A stretch of DNA of 64,000 nt, from NCBI RefSeq assembly GCF_022045235.1, contig NW_027266275.1, positions 60,016,001 through 60,080,000 on the forward strand, written 5' to 3'. The notes under the pieces were generated by a model. The model was given only the letters and a program-made list of their open reading frames with translations. It was not told the DNA's origin and made no database searches. Both the position numbers and the translations under genes were made by a program. The DNA comes from Haliotis cracherodii. Its lineage: Eukaryota. Below are positions 1-11,962 of this stretch, piece after piece (the stretch's first letter is position 1; every line of letters starts with the position of its first letter).

Positions 1-3000
1 AAGTAAAGGCGCCATCAAAAACAAAGATTATTGTGTTAAAAAGATCGTCAGTGGAAACACAGGACACCAAAATGCATTCACGGTAAAGAACGCATTGTGC
101 ATTTGACGTCGCTTTACGTTTTGATGACGAGAAAAGCAAAATATTATTTTTAACAACAGTGAATACATGATATGTTTGGCGCTTATTTTGAAGTTATCAT
201 TATCGATATGTGAACCTATTTTGGAACACGTTTTCATTCTAACGTTTGGATATATTTGGGCATTAGTCACGTCTATTTGCATTTGAGAGTTGTATTAACA
301 TGTAACTGTATAGCCGCCTACAAAGGACACATTAACCTTGGATACATACTTACATGATGATATAAGACACATACTAGGGATATACTTACATGATATTGAG
401 GACGCAACATGGAACGAATATCCATTGAGGCATTCTGCAATTAATAAGATTTCTTTTTCTTTTTTAATTTCAAGATTAAGCCTAGCCCTAGGTGACAGTT
501 TAATCGAAGGTTCATTTCATGTACTATGTACACTACACCCTTCGGTGCTAGATTCTCCCCTTGGGATGCAAAACGATGTTATGTTGGTCATGTATTTTTG
601 CCTTGCTTAGTACTATTTGATCAAGAATTCAGAACTAGCTTCCATGACTGTTTAATCTCGTCTAGACTTCAAATAACCTTTCCTTTATCAAAGCAATCGA
701 GAAGTGGTCCAGCGATGTCCAATTCCCTACAAGTTCAATTATTTCTGGTGCTACAGAAGAAATCCTACTTTGTATTCTAACACCATTCTTGCTGTCATGA
801 AAATATTCAGTTGAAGGACTACAGCTCACTCAAACGGAAAAAATAATTTGATTATTGGAAATTGTTTGAAATCGTTCGGTAGCCCAGATTGTACACAGCT
901 TAGAAACTCCTTCCAATCTCACTGGTGTTCTGGTAATCGGAATAAAGATTTATAACCTCTGTGCCCACGCGCAGGAAACGTTGACATGATGGATGTCACC
1001 AAAACATATTTACAATTTTCTGACATTAGTCCCAAGTGGTACAATCAATGAATGCACGTCGTTATATAAGTCCTATAACTTAAATGTGACGTAAAACCGC
1101 ACCTCACCTCAGTAAGGATGTTTACATCTGTAACTGTCCGGGTTGCCGGATTTCCAGAATAACGACATGAAAGGTCTCAGTGTATTCTATACGTACTCCA
1201 TTAATTAAAAGTAATCTTGTTTCGTCCACTTTGAGACACATTCCTAAATCAGAAATACAAATGGATACATTCTACTATATTCAAAGACCTCATCTGTATT
1301 GGGAAACCATAATTAACCTGCTGAGGCCATTGAAACTGCCTCTCCAAAACAACGTTCAGAAATCCTACCTTGACTTTTAAGTCAGGTGTATTAGAGGTTA
1401 AATATATATATACCCATGTACTCAGCGCTAGATTTATCGGTCTGTTCAATGACTCGACAGCATAAGCTGACGTCCTTTATCTTTGTTAAACCGTCTCATC
1501 TTTCTCAATTATCTACCTATTGGGACCAGCATCTATCAATAATTACCAAGTGAGATTGCAACTAAATGCGCGTGTTTTTTTAAGAACGAGGTATTAAGCA
1601 AATATATACGGAACAATTAATCACAATAAAATGTATGTGCATGAGAGCACTACATTGCAGTGTCCATTAAAGTACTATTTTCAGGAGGATGTTTTGTTCC
1701 GAATGTTCTCTCTCATCGCTCTCTTCGGGTCCGGCTCTAATGTTTCCTCCCATTATCGACTGGTGTGTAAAACAGAGATATATGGTCCCTCTGGTTGACA
1801 GATTTTCCTATTAACATTTATACTGTCCTTTAAAGGTATCATTGGTGACATTGCACTCAGTATGGCTGAGGGCACGGGTTGCCAAGATGTCAAAACGTTG
1901 CAATTCATTGTGCAGAATTATTCCCTCGGGATTGCATGAAACCTATAGCTATGAGCGTGAGTTCGTCTCATTGACGAACCCTAATTATGCGTCTAGGTTA
2001 GTCAGCAGCATAGCCGAGATCGTGGGTTTCACCAAGAGCTTGAACTGCTAAGACTGCATCACTTCGAGTTTTCCTCTAACATCAAGCTGACACGCTCAGG
2101 TACGATGTGATGGCAGGATACGCTCACCTTTTTGCGAACACCTGGTATCATAACTATTTGATAGTGATTCATGAGCCGAATCGTACAATGTAAAAGGGGT
2201 TTGTAGCTTATATTAATACAAAACTGAAATACTATTCAAATCGGCGTTGACCCAAACTCATTCAATGGCACTTAGTCCGGATAATGTCTCACACGAATGC
2301 TGCACCATATTCAAATCATGACGGTTCCGAGTATTGTATCATGCAGATCAGCAGCACCAGATCCCCGCACTTCTAGCAATATATAGAAATATAGATTATA
2401 TTAACATATTAAAAGAAACACAAAGGCCTAAAGGGGAAGCAGATACATTTCAAGTTATTCTTCAAAAATAGCTTTGCCTTTCAGTTTTGGTGTTATGCAC
2501 TTCGTTCAGTGTTGCCCCAGGAAGACAACGCGTGAACCGGGAAAAAATGTCATGTACTGATGACTGTTTATATTTCACTTGTATTTGTGTGTTTTTTTAA
2601 CAGAAAACATACCGACAGTGGACTTTTTCATTTTTATATCACACATTCTCAAACACTAGTCTAATGCCATTGCTATATAGAACATGACCACCTGTTCGCC
2701 ATTATCAATCTCTCAAATGTTAATATATTCATTCTCACACTTCTGTAAGACTCTTGTCTCTCTTCTACTGGAAAGTGATTGGTGGAAACTAGAACAGAGT
2801 CTCAAGAGTTATTTCCTGCTCGTGGGATGCCTTCATTATTGCCAGTAAACTGTAGAATAACTCTAAAGGGAACCCTTTAACTTGATAAACAACATAAAAA
2901 GTTAATGAGTTTCTGGCAGTGTGACATTGACTGTGAGGAATGTTGTTTGTGCCTGGCATTCCAAATCCCGGCGTGGAGTTCTTTATAATTCAAGACATCC

Positions 3001-4198
3001 TAATATTAAGACGAGCCTACATGGATCTGTGATCTGTGGTTTTGCAACACAATCTACATGCATTGTTGCATAATTATGTTGTGTTGACATCCGTTAAAAC
3101 ATAATCTAGCTGCCACTACTATAGAAAGTATACACGATCAATGGTGCAGCTAGGGAGTATCTGAGTGCTTCACTAATCTCTTGTTTCCAGTATAATGAAG
3201 ACATTCTTTATTGATGAAGGCAACACCACCGTACCATTGGTACAGTGTACAACTAATTGGTAGAGCGGTTTAAAAGTATGAAAAGGACAGATTACTTGTT
3301 GAAGTAAATATATTGCGCGAGGTCATATAAGTCATGAGGGAGTCATGAAAAATACAAGTTTACATTGCATGTTACAGTCAATATCTAAAGACAGTTAATT
3401 TGTATATTTTCAAAGGTGCGTTTTATTTGAAAAGTTATATCAAGGAGGTTAGTTTGTTCAATTGAGATGAAATCCCAAAGTGACGAAAGACCTTTTCTAT
3501 TCTGGTAAAATCTAACAGCAGTATTACATGCAGTGTGATTGGGTACATGAACTGACAAAACGCCGACCTGTGATTTCAACTTGTGTCTGTGGAAGTACAC
3601 ATGTATATATGAATTAGTTATTAACCATTTGGATAGCAACTTTACATGAGACATGCCACTGTCACGTGAATGTACATTCACTGACTGCCGGTTATGCCTG
3701 ACTCCTGGTACAGTATATCTACATTACATTTTATAATAGGATTCATGTTCACATTCCGATGCAATGAGAGCCGCTTTGCTTGTGTTTGTGACGGATGCCA
3801 CCGGTGGGGCAGGATACTTTCACCTTTTCGCGAACACGTGGTATCATCACTATATGAAAGTGATTCATAAGCACATGTTCATGAATTGTACAATCGATGC
3901 ACCTATTAGCCGTGATTTCTTGTGATTATGGAAAACGTTTTGCTGTTTGTATTTGATTAGTAGGTTTTTCGATTTTATTTATTTATTTATTGATCAGTAT
4001 ATATCAGCAGGACAGCGTAATGTGGAAGAAAATCCCAAGCAATGCTTAAGCATAGTCAGAGCTATTCTGAGATGCCGACCTGGTTACATACCTCTGCACA
4101 GCGAAATATGGTGTGTTTAATGCCACACAATGTTTTTTACATATTGTATCCTGTTTCAAAAATGCACCCTCGACAGTGTTTCATTTCAGCATTTCACT

Positions 4199-4389
4199 GG
4201 GAGATAATAAGTCCTACGTAGGAGATAGTAAGTCCTACGTAGAAGATAGTAAGTCCAACGTAGGAGGTAGTAAGTCCTACGTAGGAGATACTTAGTCCTA
4301 CGTAGGAGATAGTAAGTCCTACACTGGAGATCCTAGTCCTCCGTGGAAGAATCTAAGTCCTACGTAGGAGATAATAAGTCCTACGTAGA
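4199..4389 (+). repeat. Minisatellite, 21-bp unit (ggagatagtaagtcctacgta), ~9 copies
   Basis: Direct tandem copies visible. Confidence 0.95.
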
Positions 4390-5357
4390 AGTATTTCACC
4401 GTGGCCCTACTACGCTTCTGTAAATAAAAAATATCTCAAAAATGATTTTATTTTCGTCCAAAAAAAAGATTTTGGATTTTTAAGGTAGACGGATTAACCA
4501 TGTTTTAAAATGTCAGACATAAATAAACGTGGAAAGGAAATACAGTCTGTTTACAGTCTTCCACACCTGAATTCCTATTGCTTAACGGCGATGAGTTAAA
4601 GTCGCTGAAAAAACTGTAACTCAATTTGCGGGCAATTACCACATGTCAAGCAGCTGCATATTAATTTCCTGAAAGCATGAACTAAACTGAATGGGCATTG
4701 ATTTACAGTCGATAAAAGGTGAACAGAAATAACAGTCTATTTACGTCAGGCATATGGCAAATTAATCGTTGATGAACAGAGAGATTGATCAGTCGATAAC
4801 ATGTAGCTGTGAATCCTTATAACACACCAAGAAGATTCTTAACCATAAACAATAAATATTTTCATTCATTTCATTTCAGAACATAATTCCAAAAGATTTC
4901 TTTGCCCTGTTCAAATGAATTTGGAAATAAGACTGAAGGAAAGGGAAATCAACGACATGAGAATCGACTTTCATCGGGAAAAAACAGACTCCATATCTAC
5001 ATATCATATAAACCATGCAGCGCTTATACATATACATCCAGGAATCAGTACAAGTATGCATATAGCGTTGTTGTCAGCGACTCCATCACTCTCACGCCAG
5101 TACGTCACCAAGCGGACATTTGAGGTAATACTGAGTTTTTAATTATGTGCTACGTCAAAAGCGCATCATGAATGAGGATTGGTTTAGCAGTGATTTCTCA
5201 TAATTAGAGAAAGGGATTTGGCGTTTATATTGTACTACTTAGCGTGAAACTAAACAATATTTGTGATCATAAAACAGTGTATAGACAACATGAGAATCCT
5301 TGTTCGATAATGACCCAGACGATGACGGATACCGTATTCAATCGTGTCTTGTATCTC

Positions 5358-5478
5358 TGTAGTATAGGTGATTGGCGTTCTGCCGCAACCCACCCTAGAC
5401 CATTCCCAAACCCTATAAATGCTTCTACGGAGGCCTTTTTTATGCAAATTATGCGATGCGACCCAACGATCGTCATGG
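5358..5478 (+). repeat. Left terminal inverted repeat of the Polinton-like element (~120 bp)
   Basis: Aligns by eye to the reverse complement of 16028-16150 at roughly 80% identity. Confidence 0.9.
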
Positions 5479-5489
5479 TTGTATTAAAG

Positions 5490-6075
5490 AAAGATTGCTG
5501 CAGTGGCTAAGGTATCCAAAGATGTTGCCAAGGATTGGTTAAAGAAACAAGCAATATGGTAAATATACTTACCGCCCCTCGTTTTATACTGAGGAAAAAG
5601 GTTGATATTTTCACAATGAATGAAGTTCATCAGGCTGACCTCTAGTTTTTTCCTCATGATAAGGCAAGACGCAAAACATATAAATACACTTTAACCGTAG
5701 ATGCAGCTAGTCGCTACAAAGAGGCTGAACCATTAACCTCCAAAGATTCAACAGAAGTAGCTAATACACTAAGCCGCATATATAAACACGGACCACTAAA
5801 ATGGCCCAAGTTGTTTCAAGGGGATGCTGGTCGCGAGTTTATGGGATCAGTAACTAAACTATTAACAAAGCACGATGTTGCTATCAGGCGTGGCGAAAAA
5901 GAGGCCAAACGTAGCCAAGCTATTGTTGAAAGATTTAACTGGACATTAGCAGAAAGTTTGTTTGGATATCAGTATGGGATTGGAATGAAATCAGATCGAT
6001 TAAGATCAATGGAATGGGTGACACGAGTATCAGCCCTGAATAATGAAGTTACAAGATTAATTGGGAAGAAACCAC
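5490..6075 (+). pseudogene. Retroviral-like (rve/c-integrase) DDE integrase remnant
   Basis: Translation across stops: AKVSKDVAKDWLKKQAIW*IYLP...NEVHQADL...YKYTLTVDAASRYKEAEPL...QGDAGREF...QAIVERFNWTLAE...LNNEVTRLIGKKP. The D (QADL), D (GDAG) and E (VERFN) triad is present. Truncated at both ends. Confidence 0.9.
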
Positions 6076-6229
6076 CCAGCACAGATGGTACAACTACAAC
6101 CTTGAAACTATATATCCAAACCCACAAGGAGTGTGTTCTTGAGTTTTGTATGAAAAACTATATTCAGTACTAAGTTCGGTATTTTCTATTTTCGCAGAAA
6201 TATTTCCTTTCCTTATTGGTGGTTGATTG

Positions 6230-7125
6230 TATAATAGCCTGCTTAAACTCTTAATCCATGTATAATGATATTTCCCATCTTTTTCGACCAGAAATAAATT
6301 GATTCTGGGAATATTTTCTGGGGCGGAGCTCAACCTGTATACAACAATTCCCTTGGAATGCCCGAAAACATTCACAGCTAAATCATTTTGCTTTTCCACC
6401 TTATTAATTTGTGAGATTACTGTAGGCGCATCTATACCTTCAAAGTTGAGTCCTTTGTTTTTGGGAAAGCTTGAAGGTCTATTTGCAATTTTAGAATCTG
6501 CAGGAAACAAGGAAGATTTTAATGTCCATCTTAAACAGTTATCATCATTATCTTTTACATTAATTATGGCTTTTTCACCTTATAATATGAGGGCAAATCT
6601 ATATAAGATCCACCTTTCAAAGGCATATAATTTGCTATGTCTAAATATAAAGTATCCATTCTATCCATGCCCCAACCAGAATCTCTATTCTTAAGTTCGG
6701 TATATTCAACGCTATCATCTGCATTATTTTTACTTAATGACAATTTGAGTGTCAGATAATTTAAATAGTATAAAATACCAGCTCCTCATTAATTTTCGGG
6801 ATGCGATGGGTTTAACATCATTAACATCCATGATGGAATTAATATCAATTTTCCAACTCTTAGATATCTACCAATGGCATGATCTGTGGGTACAAATCTT
6901 AACTCTGTTGCAAATGTTTGATTATCATTCAGTAATGCAATCAATTCAGCTTTTCTCATTCGAGAATAACCTCTCAGCCCATGGTTTCTTGTTTGAGCTT
7001 TCAGTTCTCTAACAGTCTGAGGTTTGTTGTATTCCAAACTGAGTTAGGTAATCAATTCTGCTTTTCTCATCCGATAATAACCGCATAAACCACATTGTTT
7101 TGCCAAAGCTTTTAGCTCTCTGGCA
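6230..7125 (-). pseudogene. N-terminal part of protein-primed B-family DNA polymerase (pPolB), preceded by two Rho-N-like helical repeats
   Basis: Motifs RDSGW, LDIANYMPLKGGSYIDLP, KAIINVKDNDDNCLRW, NFEGIDAP..QINKVEKQN..VNVFG, INLFL..HYTWIKSLSRLL resemble the Maverick pPolB N-terminal region. Upstream are RELKALAKQCGLCGYYRMRKAELI and RELKAQTRNHGLRGYSRMRKAELIALL. No catalytic polymerase motifs seen. Confidence 0.8.
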
Positions 7126-7459
7126 TAAACCATTGTGATGTAATGGTATACGCAAAATAAAACAAATATCTAAATGTTTTTTTATTCATACTAGTATGTC
7201 TAAACACTGATTCTCCGAAACCTATTCCTCCCATTGGTGCAATCCTATCATAAATAATCTGGTTTTGAATCTTGTCAGTGCCGTGAGCTTTGCAAAAACA
7301 ATAATGACCTTTGACCCCAATCCAACATACAGAACATGTGTAGTTAACATTACCATGTCTAAGTGAGTAAGAATGAATTCCACAGTCTAGGCCGACACAC
7401 CGCTCGTTACAGTTTAGGGGTTTCCCCATAAGCGTAAATCTACACTGGATTAACATCAT
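7112..7459 (-). CDS. Small Cys/His-rich ORF inside the Polinton-like element (possible Zn-binding), function unknown
   Basis: Open 115-aa frame with CNERC, CGIH, CSVC and CFCKAH clusters, lying between the pPolB remnant and the piggyBac insertion. Confidence 0.35.
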   Translation of the reverse strand: MMLIQCRFTLMGKPLNCNERCVGLDCGIHSYSLRHGNVNYTCSVCWIGVKGHYCFCKAHGTDKIQNQIIYDRIAPMGGIGFGESVFRHTSMNKKTFRYLFYFAYTITSQWFMPES

Positions 7460-7468
7460 GGCTATTAA

Positions 7469-9192
7469 CCCTTTTTCCCCGACTGCCCGATTTATCGGGC
7501 AGCATAAACCGTGTCGCAGTACCCGGCTGCCCGAAAAATCGGGCGGCTACTGTCCAAGCCCCCACACGGCTGCCTGATAAATCGGGCGGCGCGAGCGTGT
7601 TTACAAAATCGCTCTTTCTACTTCCTTTCTCGTGTGTAATCTCGTTCTAAATATGGAAACGAGATCTACACGTAATGACACGTCATTCGATTGAATTTCC
7701 CCGTCTTTTTGGCGCGAAAATGGCGGATGTCACCTGTTTTCGCGACAGGTATTTTTCTCGCTTGAATCGTAAATCAAGCGTAATGGCGGCCAACTACGAT
7801 TCGGATAGCGATCAGATGATAAACAACGACTCTATCGGAAATAATAATGTGTTTAAATTGAATAATTTAAGCGAAGGGTAGAGGGAATTTCGGGAATATT
7901 TTGGTGAAGATTTTGACGGTTTCGACGAGGTGTACCCCCCGCCAACTTTCAAGAATGGGAGTGGCAGAGGGACCACAACAGTGGAGACATGAGGGATTTT
8001 GAAGAGGCGACCGGACTCAAGAATATATATATTGACACGGTGAGTGAAGAGTCATGCTATTGATTTTTTCCAACTGTTTTACAATGATTCTGTGTTTGAA
8101 CAGATTATCAGTCCGACGAATGAGAATGCAGCCTACACGTGAACGAGCGATCACAACAACAACAAAGGTGAGTGGCATGATGTATCTGTTTCTTTTTTTT
8201 TAAATTTATTTTTCCGATCGCAATTCGCTCAATTTGAATAAAATTTATTTCTATATTCATGTTTGTTTTCTTGTTTTTTACATCTAAATTTAAATTTTAG
8301 TAACTGTAAAAATTATTTATTTATTAATTGATTTAATAAAGTACTGATTTAATTTATTAAGCAATTGTAAATAGCAGTGTATTGTAAATATGTTATCACA
8401 ACTTTTATATTTGCAGAACTTGAATTTACGATCTTTCTGTCCTTTAACAATCTTTCCCTCTTCAGATCAATCTGTGATATCTTCCCTGTGATGTCATTCT
8501 TATAGTAGCTGTGGTTCAATGTTCAGGTAATGTGATAAATTACTTTTTAAAAACTTAAATACTTAATTTTTGTTTCAAATCCTGAAAAAGAACAAAATAA
8601 ATTAAATATTTGTGTTTTTACCTGTGTTAACGAGTTTACCTGCGTTAACAAGTTTACCTGTTAAAGAGGCTGTAAGTGTATCATAAGTAATATGTGACAT
8701 CAGTATAGAAAACAAAGTCAGTACCAAGAGTTGTAAACTTGTTTATTTGTTTACAGATGTGCATGAAGAGAATTTACCTGTAACACCTGCGATTACCTGT
8801 GCCGTCCAAGATGACAAGACCACTGTGTTATGTTTACCTTGTATATGTGATTTATTTTTGTGATTTTTAATACAATTTGAGCCAAAATTCATTGTCTGTT
8901 TTCATTTTTTCAGTGCTTTCAAGTTTTATTTCACTTGTAAACACCTGTAATTAGGAAATGACAAAGGTTAGAGACAATAACAACAAAGAATATTAAAGTA
9001 TACTTAATCCTCTTTACAATGGCATATGATAAATGTATATTAAAAGCAAGTTTCTGGTAGAAAAAGTGCATCAAAAATGATGGTGTGATTTTCCAATAAT
9101 ACTGCCAGGGAGGCCAGCGTGCAGGCCTTGTCAGTGTCAGGGACTGCAGGGTTTCAAGGGACATAACTCTGGGGCAGCCAGTGATGAAAGAG
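7469..9192 (+). mobile_element. Non-autonomous piggyBac derivative nested in the Polinton-like element
   Basis: TTAA at 7465-7468 and 9193-9196. Imperfect TIRs ccctttttccccgactgccc and (rc) ctctttcatcactggctgcccc. Transposase N-terminal remnant at about 7782-8135: acidic MAANYDSDSD... then IDFFQLFYNDSVFEQIISPTNENA (PGBD-type F-LF-D-I-TN-A motif). Confidence 0.85.
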
Positions 9193-9679
9193 TTAATACA
9201 CCTCACGTATCATTTGTCTAAATGCAAATCAGCCAAGTCTCTGCTTGGGTGGTGGTGCTTTAACTATCATTTTACCTCTGCGAGCATAGCCTATAGTTAA
9301 GCCACTAACAACTGCTGAATGCTACATCCGTAACTGGAGTAGTCATGCTTTTTAACATTACATGAGGGTTTAACTCTAATTGAACCTCGTCCAAATTTTG
9401 AACTGGTGATGTTTTCTCTTCACCAGTCTTAATAAACAATACTGCTGCTATAACAACAACTCCAAGTGCATAGGGAGCCCACGTTTTAATCCATTGTGAA
9501 CTGTGTTCAGTATTTGAATTGTGTAGTAGTTTTGCCTTCTTGGCTAAAGCCCCCCTTTTACCCGCTGCTACTTTTCTGGGTTCTTAGTCACTCTCACAAC
9601 TTCCTCTTTCACTTGTTGTGTTTCCGCATTCACTTCTGTGATTTCCGCTTCCATTATTATAATGCTGGGTACACACGTT

Positions 9680-10125
9680 TAAATTGACAATACCTAGCCA
9701 TTCTTATAGTGGCAGTAAATGGTGCTAAGAACATTCCGTATCTATGGTAAAACTCACAGCTTACTGCACTTAAAGTGTGTTCAACAAATGGGTCTTTCTC
9801 GAGAGATTCTCATAGATAAAGAAGACTTTCTGATGGGATAGGAAGAAACGTACTAGCGACAGCTGTGTATAGTTGTACCAAAGCCAAACCTATTATTTTA
9901 GTCATGGTAGCTCCCAGTCTAGACTTGTAACATGCGTATATTTTTTTCTTATTTCTTCGTTATGTTATCAATTTTTTCAGTGGTATAATTTCCCCTCAAG
10001 TATTGGGATCATTTTCCACCAGCTACCAAAGCCGCAAGTCTTTCTCAATGTTGTTCTGTATATTTTTCCAATACAGGTTCTGACTCATCTTGGAGCAGTT
10101 TTTCGAGAAATTCGTTGCATTCCAT
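9680..10125 (-). pseudogene. Uncharacterised Polinton-associated ORF (degenerate)
   Basis: Read across stops and frameshifts: MECNEFLEKLL...ERLAALVAGGK*SQYL...SRLGATMTK...LEKDPFVEHTLSAVSCEFYHRYGMFLAPFTA. Resembles, from recollection and unverified, an ORF carried by invertebrate Polinton-like elements. Confidence 0.55.
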
Positions 10126-10384
10126 CTTTTTAATATAATATACTAGCTGATACTTAAGTCTAATATATTTAAATATGATATATCTAATACAGCCTGAAAT
10201 AATAAACTGTTGCAAAACGAATGAGGATTTCCAACCATATTATTACATAAATTGTTGCTAGTGTTCAAATGAACTTAAAATTGCTAAGCAGTTGCTAAAA
10301 TTTGCTGAGCAGTTGCTACATTTCCAGTTTTCTGACTTTATCTCGCTTGAGCTTGGTAGAAATAACATCATTTTGGCGTAGACA

Positions 10385-10785
10385 TTTTGCAATAAAACAG
10401 GGCAATCCATCTTGTCTGCTCTCTGAGATCTTTCAGGACAGAGTTGTATTTTTGAATAAGTACCCAAACAATATGTCGACCAAGAATGCTAAATATGAAA
10501 CGTTTCTTTCTTTTTAGTAAGTTGTTTACTCGCACTACACTAGCCTATTTTGAAAAGTATTGATTCTCCTTTGAATTTTTCGTGGCATACTCGTAAAATG
10601 TCTTGTAAATGATCGACGGGATCAACTTTTTGCACCTCGGGATCCATCATTACCCAATCTCTTGATACGTATGTTTTATTAACGTTAATAGTCGATCACA
10701 AACAAATTTGTGATATTGACTTTGTAAAATATCTAGAATAAAAGCTGTTTCTCCGTAGCCCATTTGCCCGCAGATGATAACACAG
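10385..10785 (-). pseudogene. A32/FtsK-like genome-packaging ATPase remnant
   Basis: Decayed Walker A ICGQMGYGETAFILDIL (about 10735-10780; GxxGxGKT with K>E), then NKTY..DWVMMDPEV, LAFLGRH, VWVLIQKYNSVLKDLREQTRWIALFYCK (GRH, TQ-like and arginine-finger motifs of this family). Confidence 0.75.
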
Positions 10786-11920
10786 ACATAATCACGTACA
10801 ATTATAAGTTTAATTTCCAAGCCCTTTCAGCCTTCTCCATTATCTGTATAGTTACACCCTAACTACCATTCTCTATTCTCCGCAAACTACCGTGTAGTTG
10901 GTCATCATCTGTGGTTTGCATGTCGAGCCATAGCGCATACTTCGAGGTAAGGAATTCAGCCAGCGATGCATTCCCAAGAGCCAGATCTTTTGCAACTTCT
11001 CAGCTTCGTCTTATAGAAGGGAGTTTTTTAATCTCATCCTACTGATGATATGTTCGCTTGCCTTGACTATATGGTTGATTAGACACGCCCTAGATAGTAA
11101 GTTTTACTTTTGTAATCTTTGGATGATAGAACGCCTAGGTATATCTGAAAAATGGTTCAGAAGAGTCCTCGAACAACACTAAAATACCCTCCAATGATCT
11201 AGTGAGCACGTTTAGATTGATATCCCACATGGTATCACCTTTGTTCCTGGAAATCTTTTGGTGTCGAAGAACGCAATCGTACAAAATGGCTTTACGGCTA
11301 TACTGGTTACGAACTTGTCTGGCTAATACAGGGTCTGTTATCATATCAATGGAATAGCTAGCCCCATCAGTGGTTTTGATTACTCTGTGGTAGTCATTAA
11401 AAGTCAGTTCGTATTCTAACCTATCGGCTAGGAATGCTTGATAGAAGGGCATGTGACAATCGAGTAACACAAAGTCAAGTCGAATATAGAATATTATTAT
11501 TAGCAGAATGTACACGCAGTCTCGTTGAAATATTATTATCAATACCTTGATACTGTAAGTTTTCCCATTCTTTTGCCTTTGTCCAGAGATCCATTTAACA
11601 GAAGTGTACATCGCTGTCATCAATACTCAAGACCTCATTACCGCAAATTTTAGTCGTAATTTTCTTTACAATTGCACGACCTATGTTCTGAACAAACTCC
11701 CTGTTAATGCCAGTTGAAGTCAAATTATTGTAAATAACAGTCGGTCTGTTTCTGGAACTAACACATCATGAGCGCTGAGATTGGGAATGTAAACCAGAAG
11801 TGTTTGATTTTGATCAATGTGGTGCTTGGGTTATGAGTTATAGGTACAGACTGCTTCGACTCCTAATTGATCCTGAAGTCCATGTTGTGGATTTAACTTG
11901 TGCCTGTATTGCGAAGACAT
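10785..11920 (-). pseudogene. Putative major capsid protein (double jelly-roll) remnant
   Basis: ATG at 11920. Fragments MSSQYRHKLNP, THNPS, IDQNQTLLVYIPNL, QNIGRAIVKK, LDFVLLDCHMPFYQ..RLEYELTFNDY, SLEGILVLFE, KYALWLDMQT..LHGSLRRIEN. About 1.1 kb, directly upstream of the ATPase, with many stops and frameshifts. The capsid label rests on size, position and recalled similarity. Confidence 0.65.
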
Positions 11921-11962
11921 TCTTTATATTGAAATGATGTTTGCTTATTTTTAATACAAAAA

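Noticed and set aside
5244-5510. Similar peptides in ORFs 5244..5510 and 16028..16279 (PNPINAST)
   Set aside because: They are translations of the two TIR copies, not a duplicated gene.
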